DNA from: Nemertoderma westbladi | Lineage: Eukaryota > Animalia > Xenacoelomorpha | NCBI GenBank assembly: GCA_032718475.1 | Contig: JAUCBJ010001954.1 | Coordinates: forward strand, 1 to 42,388 | Reading direction: 5' to 3' | Length of the DNA: 42,388 nucleotides | Part shown: piece after piece, positions 11,358 through 19,422 of the stretch | Layout: the number at the start of each line of letters is the position of its first letter | Numbering within the stretch: the stretch's first letter is position 1 | Made by a program: the position numbers and the translations under genes | Notes under the pieces: generated by a model | Database searches by the model: none | Seen by the model: only the letters and a program-made list of their open reading frames with translations | Told to the model about the DNA's origin: nothing

Positions 11358-11566
11358 TGTAATTAATTGTTTTGTTTTGGCCTATATTGTTTAATTTTGT
11401 AATGTTAATATTGTGGGAATTTGTTATTGTTTAATTTTTAATAATGCAGTAAATTGTATATTGTTTATGTTTACCCTAGGCCTAATGAGGATGGCTAAAA
11501 CGTCTGTCCTTATCTGATCTGCTCTGATCTGACGGTATCTGACACTTGTTCCACCTTTGTTCAGAG

Positions 11567-11790
11567 TGCACCTTGGTGTAGTGGTTATATAGAATTCACA
11601 TATCTCGGAGGTTGTGGGTTCAACCCCGGCGTGGGGGCCAAGGTAGTTTTCGTTTCGGCACGAATGTTTTGAAGGGTTTAGCGAGGCATCTCTGCCTTGC
11701 ATCCTTAAATGGTAGCTAAATGAGTACTGGACTTTCTGCCCTTGTCGGCCAGCATGTGAAGTTTCCCCGGTATTCCCCTTAAATCCGGGG
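11567..11790 (+). mobile_element. tRNA-derived SINE (or tRNA-like relic)
   Basis: Pol III A box TGGTGTAGTGG (11574-11584) and B box GGTTCAACCCC (11617-11627) at tRNA-like spacing, without a full cloverleaf. The 3' boundary is approximate. Confidence 0.6.
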
Positions 11791-12134
11791 GGGGGGGTCA
11801 ATATAACACCTCCCGCTCTGAAACTAACGATACTAACTAAAAGACTAACTGAAACGAACTAAAAGGAATTCAAATCAAATAAGCTAGAAATCTTAAATTT
11901 GTTTTTAGAGGCTGGTGCCAAATTTTGGTGCCGGCCCATGTGAAGAATACCGCCCATGTGAAGAATACCAGGATTTCACTTTTCGGTCGATTTTTTATTG
12001 GTCGATATTTTTTATTAAATTTATCTTTATTAAGTGTTTTATGCGCGTGCGCGATGTCCTTTATTTTTTGAGGGGGGTGATCTATTGATCAGTCAGTTGG
12101 ACGGTTAGTAAGAAAAGAAGGTGGGTGTAAACAA

Positions 12135-12345
12135 GCCGCCGCGGTAACATATTCTCCTTTCCCTCAATTGCAGAATTGGTAGGTAACAAAATCGTTTATT
12201 GTTTTGGTTAGAAAACCCTGTCTCGGTAACCTGCTCCTTTCCCTCAATTTGTAGGTAAAACGTCGTTTATTGTTTTGGTTAGAAATTACAGCCGCTGTAA
12301 CCTGCTCTTTTCCTTCCATTGGAAGGTAACAACAGCGTTTATTAA
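12135..12345. repeat. Degenerate ~70-80 bp tandem repeat (about 3 copies)
   Basis: Recurring GTAACCTGCTCCTTTCCCTCAATT...GGTAA...CGTTTATTGTTTTGGTTAGAAA. A fragment recurs inverted at ~33390-33413. Confidence 0.7.
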
Positions 12346-12591
12346 TTCCCATCCACCTTCCCATATTCCTTCATCGTCTGAGTATAAACTCCACTGTATC
12401 AGCTGGCAATATGGGGCATGTTAAGTGTTTCGTCATACAGTATAACACTACACAGTAGGCCTAGAGAGATACCCCTTCCCTTTAGCTGTTTAGCGTAACA
12501 AACAAACAATAAATATTTTAAATGTAATGTATTAATAAGTATCATTACTTAATTAATAATATTAATTATAATTAATATATTTAACTTTATG

Positions 12592-13144
12592 TGTGGTTAT
12601 TTGGTAATAACCCAAGAAAACTAAGTAATAAAATATCTGTTATTTTATTGAGACTAGCAGTTATCTCTCATTACTGCTGTACTGCCTATTGTACTACACC
12701 GGACATATCTGTCTCCAACGACCTAATCAAGCTAACTATCTCAGTATATACTTTAACACCACCACAAACATAGTTCCGTACTGTATCAAAACTGTTCCGT
12801 ACGGGAACTACCACACCCTCCCTCAAGCTCCAAAGGAGTTTATATAGTTATAGGCGCCGAGGAGGGCGTCGCTGCCGAGTAGGGTATCGGCTGGGGGTGC
12901 GCTGCCGGATTGCGCGGGTCTGAGTTAATTGGGGGTCCCAAGATACAGTTTTTGGGGGCTGGGTGGGGTCGACGTCCGCCACAGCCTGGGGATCAGGGGA
13001 CCCTGGCGTCGCAGGGTTGTCCAGAACCACTGGATGTGCAGGAATAGTGCTGGTGAGTGGTAGGGATGTGGAGTCACACAGGAGGAATCTGCGGTTCCGA
13101 GAAATGGTACGGCCAGAGGGTGTCGGGAAGGGAAGGAGAAACAC
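12592..13144 (-). mobile_element. Gypsy-type LTR retrotransposon 3' fragment (integrase tail + PPT + ~224-bp LTR)
   Basis: TPSGRTISRNRRFL...RYPTRQRRPPRRL* is a typical Gypsy integrase C-terminus. PPT GAGGGAGGG (12816-12824, minus) abuts TGTGGTAG...TAACCACA (12592-12815), which contains AATAAA. Confidence 0.65.
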
Positions 13145-13264
13145 ACAATGGAGGGGTCAGGGGCCAAACCCCTAACCGAGAGAGAACACAGGGAGTGAAG
13201 GGAAACACTCCAAAGGGTGCCAACAAGGGTATTAGCCAATGGGGGGACAGCATCGACTAAGTAC

Positions 13265-13550
13265 TGTAACGGCCAAACCCGTGCAGTATATATTACCGGT
13301 CGATGCAATCAGTTATTCAGTTTACTCAGTCAGCACAGTAGGGTGGAACGGTGACTTCTATCACCGTCCGCTACCGCCATCATACTTATCTACCGGTAAC
13401 TGTGCCATACTATACTAAAAGCCTATATATCAACTATATTATACCTTATACATATAACCGAACATCAGAACTCTTTTACCTTTCACACACGGCGGGGACG
13501 CGTAGATAGAAAACCCAACGGATAAACCGGGATCCGTAGATCCCGTCACA
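13265..13550. repeat. Candidate 286-bp LTR of an unrelated element
   Basis: Bounded by TGTAACGG...CCGTCACA (7/8 inverted termini, TG...CA). It ends exactly where the duplicated BEL leader begins. No TSD seen. Confidence 0.4.
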
Positions 13551-14214
13551 TTGGACCACCCGAACGGTAATCCTGAATCGTCCGACGTTCAATCCTTGTA
13601 CTTCAACCTCGACGTGCCAGATTCCTGGCTCAACTTGGATTATATCAATGGGTGTGATCGATACTTCCATTCCCTGTTAACAACTCTCCAAATATGTGAT
13701 CTGCCGACTACGAGTTGGTTAGATCGAGTTTGTTGATTAATTAAACCACGACTTAGTCTTAACTCAAATACCAGAGTTTCCTCGTAGTGGGTGCTGGCAA
13801 GCACGTAGAGAGTTTTGAAGAGTATTGTAGGATTCTCAACTTCCACCAGTTGAAGTTGGCCGCGTATTATTCTCAATTTTGACACCCTGTCAAAATTGAC
13901 CGTAATTATTCTCAATTTTGTTGCCGTTATCCCAACACCAGGAGGGAAAAACGCCGATGCTGGAGATGTGACTTTACAGACCACCGAGCCCCGGCCAGTC
14001 ACCGGATATTGATTGTGGAGAAGGAATGATTTCTGAGATGCAGGTTGCGGTTGAGAAAAAGCTGCATTAGTTGGATATACTCTTTAATGTAACTGAACTC
14101 TGTTGAACCTGATTGAGAATAATTTTGGGCTTCCCCAAATCAATATACACCAAATATTCACAATAACTATACACGACAATATAAATCCCTACAGTATATT
14201 ATTTAATTACCCAC
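13551..14214 (-). repeat. Second, truncated copy of the BEL/Pao internal leader (PBS region + leader ORFs)
   Basis: Near-identical to 26247-26910 (4 substitutions seen). Confidence 0.9.
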
Positions 14215-15412
14215 TGTTCGCTCAGATTTTAGCCTAACTAATGTTCCCCAGATTTTCCCTCGGTCCTAGTCTTGATGCCGTAGTGTCGGTGTCGGTCGAC
14301 CCTGTCGCGTGTCCGTTCCACCCCTCCCGAACCCCGAAGGGAACGATCATCGAGAACCAGCACGGCTTGGCTAAGGGTCGGTCCAGTCGGTAGACTCTGT
14401 CGCGTATCCGTACCACCCCTCTCGAACCCTGAAGGGATCGGTCATCGAGAACCAGTACGGCTTGGCTAGGAGTCTGTCGTGTCGGTGGACCCGTTCGCGT
14501 GTCCGTCCCACCCCTCACGAACCCCGAAGGGTTCAATCATCGAGAACCAGTACGGCTTGGCTAGGGGTCCGTCGGTTCATCGCAGAAACCCAACCACCTA
14601 GGCTTTCCGAGTCCCTTTCAGGCTCGTAGTCGCTTCAGCAGCCGAGAAACTGCTCCGAACAGTCGGTAGGCCAGTAGAGTCTAGTCCTTTGTCTTTCGAC
14701 CCCGTCGCGTGTCCGTCCCACCCCTCACGAACCCCGAAGGGGACGATCATCGAGAACCAGTACGGCTTGGCTAAGGGGTCTGTCGTCGGTTCCCGTCGCA
14801 AATCCCTGGTGCAAGCAGCTGGCGTTCCGATGTCCTTTTCAGGCTCGTAGTAACTGCTGTTGACCAGAGACCGCTAAGGGCAGTCCTCGTCAAACCCTTC
14901 CTCTGTAAGTCGGTAGACCCTTTCGCGTGTCCGTCCCACCCCTCACGAACCCCGAAGGGAACGATCATCGAGAACCAGTACGGCTTGGCTAGGGGTCTGT
15001 CGTGTCGTTTCCCGTCGCAAGTCCCTGACACAAGCAGCTGGCGTTCCGATGTCCTTTTCAGGCTCGTAATAACTGCTGTTGGCCAGGGACCGCTAAGGGC
15101 AGTCCTTGTCCTTTAGGCCTGGCGCGTTACCAAATCCACCTCTACAGGCAGCAGGAAGTTGGCCAGGGCCTAATAGTAATCAGGCTAACCTGAATACTGC
15201 TTGAATTTTCCATCCCCCCCTGGCCCTTATAAACATGAAATTAGTCCCGTACCCTGTAAGTCGCCCCAAAGTTCGCCCATAAATCGCCCCCAGTTTATAG
15301 AATGTGCCCAAAACCCATGGTCCCGCACCCAGTAGTAATATCGGAATAATCATTTTAAATTAATACAAAAAATATTCAACTCGCGTTATGGAAAGTTGAA
15401 ATACCGCGAACA
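14215..15412 (-). repeat. 3' LTR (1198 bp)
   Basis: Minus strand TGTTCGC...GCGAACA inverted termini, preceded by a G-rich PPT (GGGGGGGAC, 15413-15421). TATA-like TTTATAAG near 15226-15233. Five internal ~70-bp repeats. Confidence 0.88.
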
Positions 15413-15587
15413 GTCCCCCCCAATGACCTTCGTGAAGTCTGTTGGTAGATTGAGTTTGCGTAGGTCATTCCCAATATAAAAAAACCCAAATTTAATATTG
15501 CATAGTTTTAATTAATTTGGCCTAGAGTTTATATTTATATGTATAAAAATAAATGTTCGATAAATGTTCCTGGAATATCCCGATCCA

Positions 15588-16262
15588 CTATTTCTTTCTC
15601 TGATACGCCTTTCGCCTCTTCGCCCGTCGGCTCTCGTCGATCGCAATAGCTGGTAGAGGAGCGTCAACATCCATCGTGAGCAACGCTTCGGCTTGTCTCC
15701 TGGCGGCTCTTCCTTTCGATGGCATCGGGATCATATCGGTTCGCCGTTCCAACTCGGAGTTGCGAGCCTCGAGGAACCACTCTCCGTCACCGAACTCCTC
15801 TTTATACGAGTATAAGCGTCTAATGACTTCGAATGGGCCGAATAATCCAGCGCTCAGCAACAAATCCACATAATGGAAAGGCAGCGTGGCCGACGTGTGG
15901 AGGCGTTCCGGGAAGGAGAAGTACCCGCACGCCATCTCCTGCGCGATATTCCGAGCGTTTCTCCGAACCTTGGTCTTTATGTGGCTGTTTGCGTATGTTT
16001 CAAACATGACCATATTTCCCATAGCGGTAACGTCTTTGGTAGGACATTTGATATAGCAGCGGGGGCTAGAGGAATGTCCACGGAAACCGCACGTGGTGCA
16101 GAGGTTATATAGGATCGGACAGACGGAAACGTCGTGGCCCGATGTCGCGCAGTATGGGCAATAGAGTATCCCGAGGAGCTGGAGGCATGAATCGGTAACC
16201 CGATTCCTTCTACCGCGTGGGCACTGCTCCGAACCACAGTCACCGCACACCTCCAACTGCAT
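15588..16262 (-). CDS. Cys/His zinc-knuckle protein; in-frame continuation of the exonuclease ORF
   Basis: CGDCGSEQC, CPYCATSGHDVSVC (CX2CX4HX4C), CTTCGFRGHSSSPRC and a basic C-terminus (RRAKRRKAYQRKK). Separated from ORF 16266-18188 only by TGA-GAG in the same frame. Confidence 0.75.
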   Translation of the reverse strand: MQLEVCGDCGSEQCPRGRRNRVTDSCLQLLGILYCPYCATSGHDVSVCPILYNLCTTCGFRGHSSSPRCYIKCPTKDVTAMGNMVMFETYANSHIKTKVRRNARNIAQEMACGYFSFPERLHTSATLPFHYVDLLLSAGLFGPFEVIRRLYSYKEEFGDGEWFLEARNSELERRTDMIPMPSKGRAARRQAEALLTMDVDAPLPAIAIDESRRAKRRKAYQRKK

Positions 16263-16265
16263 CTC

Positions 16266-18188
16266 TCAACCGGGGAATATCGGAATCGGGACGCCGACGT
16301 GATACTCGAGTCGTCGGTCGCTCTTCTGAATATTCGCAGTGGTCGGTAGCCCGCGGAAGGCTGGGCTTTTGCGTAGTAGGTCCTCGCTACGATAACCTTC
16401 TTTGTGTCCCGTCGGTCTCAACTCGGACGACCGTTTCTGGCGGTGGATCCATTCGGTTTGCTCGGCGTACCAACGGGTTAGTCGCATCGGATCCTGAGGA
16501 ACGGAGGGTGTAGTAGCCACCGCTGGTCGGCGAAGAGGTGCCGGGGTTTTCGACGGAGGGATTCCGAGGAGATCGTCGGGAGTCGGCGCAGCGCTGGGGC
16601 CCTTCTCGACCAATATCGCTGAGCGGGTGCGTTGATTGCTGGTACTCGGAATCTCCGACGACCAGTCTTCGCCACCCAGGAAAGGATACGGGGATAACCT
16701 TTGGCACGTATCGCCGAAGTCGTTTAACGCGAAGGTAGTAACCAACTCCCTCGCAGGGCTACCGAAGCCGAGTGGTGAGGAAACGCCCGCTTCCGTCGTT
16801 GGTTCGGCGGAGGCAACCCGTTTGGCGGCCGGTTGGTAAGCAGCCTCCGGCTCGAGTTGTCGCTTCGGGGTGGAGAGTAGAACACCCTCATTTAGCCATA
16901 TTTCTTCCCCTTCCGAAGAAATCAGAGGCTCCTCCGCACCGAGAAGTTCGGTAATCGTAGGGATGTCGTAAGGTCCGCTCTCGTCCCAGGAATCGATAAC
17001 AGCGAGTGTTTTAGTCTCTCCCGGTGTGATGTTCTCGACCGCTTTGAACGCGTGGTTTATAACCTCGTTCCAGTCGTAGTCGACGAAGGAAAGAGGAACC
17101 GCCGTAATAAGGTTATCGAGAGTTTTACAGATAAACTTAGCGACGGTGTAGCACTCCATAACGACGTAGACGTAGTTCCGTCGATCGGGATTCTCCCACC
17201 TTTGGTGTATCGTCCACTTCCGGTCAACGTCCTTCCATCGACCCTCTCGCTCGCTCTTTATTTCTAATCCCGGGTATCCACCATATATTTTATTATAGTC
17301 CCGGAATTTCTGGGGTTTGAAGTCGATGCCGCCGTTTAGCACAGTGAGGTAGCCGATCCCGGATTTCGTCGGTCTCACCTCTCGGAATCCTCGCATGAAC
17401 TCGGCGAATCGTAACCAGGCTAGTAGCGTTTGAGTGTCGACGCAATGGCTAAGGGCGTTGAGGTCGTCTCGTCTGTTTCTTCCTGAAGGAGCGTTCGCGT
17501 AGTCGTTCCGGACGTCCGCCTTTATATCCGACCCGATTTTAATGACGTCGAAGTCGAAGAGGATCTTTTGGATTTCCGGAGGTAGCAACCAGATTGCTCC
17601 GGCTGCCTGCACTTCCTGTCTGGGTGTCGGAAATATTCGACACACCAATACCAAACCGTCCAGGGTTCCGAGGACGACGACCAAGGATCGACCGTATTCT
17701 TTCGCCCCGTATTTTTCTTGGTAGTCGTCGCGATTTTGGATGGTCGATATACGTTCCTCTCGAAGCGTCGCCGTACACTCTGACAGGTTTCCCCAGTGGG
17801 CGAGGTACGTACTCTTGTCGTCGACGAAACTTTGACATCTCGCCAACGTAATCGCTTTCGAGGTGGGCGTCGCGTTTCCCTCGTTGTCGTAGATCAAACA
17901 TCGGGATCTGTAGACGCTCTGCCGGAACGTTTCCCAAAACGACGAATCGTCCCCTCCGGTTGCCTTTGCGTTCCGAGTTCTTTTCAGTCTCGTACTAGCA
18001 TCGGCTAACCGGAGGGCTCGTAGATTCTTGGAATCCGGTCCCTCTCGCCCGGTGAATTTAACGACTCGCACGTTCTCATTTAGCAGGGTGCTCCAATTTG
18101 TATCAAAGTCAGGGGATCCGGGTTGCGAATATTCCAGTAGATCTATCGTGTTACGTAATTCGCCGATAATTTGGCGATTTGGGTCCAT
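16266..18188 (-). CDS. Accessory ORF: DEDDy 3'-5' exonuclease (WRN/EXD/Mut-7-like) domain plus disordered linker
   Basis: ExoI-like CLIYDNEG (~17890); LPPEIQKILFDFDVIKIGSDIKAD (the WRN/EXD LP..L..lL.d..i.KvG..i..D signature, ExoII); CVDTQTL; KSGIGYL; W...YVVME (ExoIII, D>E). Intronless and inside the LTR pair. Confidence 0.72.
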   Translation of the reverse strand: MDPNRQIIGELRNTIDLLEYSQPGSPDFDTNWSTLLNENVRVVKFTGREGPDSKNLRALRLADASTRLKRTRNAKATGGDDSSFWETFRQSVYRSRCLIYDNEGNATPTSKAITLARCQSFVDDKSTYLAHWGNLSECTATLREERISTIQNRDDYQEKYGAKEYGRSLVVVLGTLDGLVLVCRIFPTPRQEVQAAGAIWLLPPEIQKILFDFDVIKIGSDIKADVRNDYANAPSGRNRRDDLNALSHCVDTQTLLAWLRFAEFMRGFREVRPTKSGIGYLTVLNGGIDFKPQKFRDYNKIYGGYPGLEIKSEREGRWKDVDRKWTIHQRWENPDRRNYVYVVMECYTVAKFICKTLDNLITAVPLSFVDYDWNEVINHAFKAVENITPGETKTLAVIDSWDESGPYDIPTITELLGAEEPLISSEGEEIWLNEGVLLSTPKRQLEPEAAYQPAAKRVASAEPTTEAGVSSPLGFGSPARELVTTFALNDFGDTCQRLSPYPFLGGEDWSSEIPSTSNQRTRSAILVEKGPSAAPTPDDLLGIPPSKTPAPLRRPAVATTPSVPQDPMRLTRWYAEQTEWIHRQKRSSELRPTGHKEGYRSEDLLRKSPAFRGLPTTANIQKSDRRLEYHVGVPIPIFPG

Positions 18189-18739
18189 ATTTACGATTAT
18201 ATCCGTTACAAATTAGATCAGTTAATTATAAGTCCAGAAAGTCTGAAACTATAGTGATTGCAGAATAATTCAGTTCAGTTTATTAAATAACATTGCTATA
18301 TAGGCATCTATCATCTTATTGCTAATACATTCAGCATTTACAGTTACTATAACTATACATTAATATCCAACCAGTTTTTTATGACTTTTTATGTCCTTTC
18401 TTTTTTCCAATTCTTTTCTTTAGACTTTTTTATACCTTTTTTTTCTTTTTTCATTTCTCATTATTATTTCATCACATTTCATTTATTTCCACATATATTT
18501 CATCATTTAGTTCCACCATTTATTTCACATTTTGTTTATTTCCACATCATCATTGGGGTTATAGCCCCCCGGCTATCATCATTTGTTATAAGCGCAGCAC
18601 CAGGGTGCGCATCATTACATTTTCATCATTATACGCGTCATCATTCGGTTTATAGTAGAGTTGTCTGATCCTTTTCATCATTTCCAACTACATTCAATCA
18701 TCTTCTTTGGGAAATCTTTGTCGTGGAAGTGGTGTTACG

Positions 18740-19140
18740 CGGTAATCTGGGATCTACAGCTGGGCTAGTTACACCGCCTATGCCCCAAACTGCACACGTA
18801 ACGGACAATGAAGACGCTGGAAGTGAAGTCACGTGGATGCACCATGGACCCACCAGAATAACACTCCCAACAACATAAAGCTCAGTCGACGAAGTCATGT
18901 GGGATGGGGTTACACAACATTCTGGGATCTACAGCTGGACTAGTTACACCGCCTACGCCCCAAAATCCACGCAACGGTCCCACCAGAATAACGCGACTGA
19001 GAAACATAAAACCCTCTATCGTCGAAGTCATGTGGATGCACCATGGACCCACCAGAATAACGGGATAGAGGGGGTGTTGCGCGGCAATCCGGGATCTACA
19101 GCTGGACTAGTTACACCGCCTACGCCCCGAACTGCGCACG
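18740..19140. repeat. Interleaved short direct repeats between pol and the accessory ORF
   Basis: GGGATCTACAGCTGGRCTAGTTACACCGCCTAYGCCCC x3 (~18749, 18924, 19091) and GTGGATGCACCATGGACCCACCAGAATAAC x2 (~18833, 19032). Confidence 0.85.
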
Positions 19141-19422
19141 CAATGGACAACATAACATACTGCGATGAATACAATGAATTCCACTTCAAATCTTTTCCAT
19201 TTCCAATAATCCAATATCGCTGGTCCCGATGACCAAAATCAGGGTAAACAATACATAAACGACCCTGCGTCAGTCGAAACATCTGCAGGGTGACGCTGGA
19301 CTCCACATAACACACGAGGAAACACAAATACCATTGCGTGGTTACAGTTGGTTTAAGGGGGGTCCATTTTCATTGTCGATAAATCACAGTTTAAAAGAGT
19401 TTGTCAACATGATGAGAAGGGT

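Noticed and set aside
11567-11640. Functional tRNA gene
   Set aside because: A and B boxes are present, but the anticodon arm and acceptor stem do not pair convincingly; better explained as a SINE head.
14300-15000. Repeat-spacer pattern resembling a CRISPR array
   Set aside because: The repeats are ~70 bp and degenerate, the spacers are irregular and partly homologous to each other, the block is duplicated as part of eukaryotic LTRs, and there are no cas genes.
14300-15000. Hammerhead ribozyme in the LTR repeats
   Set aside because: The core reads CGAUGA rather than CUGAUGA and no correctly placed GAAA was found; kept only as a generic structured-RNA candidate.
16266-18188. env (fusion glycoprotein) call for the extra BEL ORF
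   Set aside because: No signal peptide, transmembrane segment or Cys-rich ectodomain; the motifs fit a DEDDy exonuclease.
18381-18668. 95-aa Phe/His-rich ORF
   Set aside because: Low-complexity T-rich spacer read on the antisense strand.
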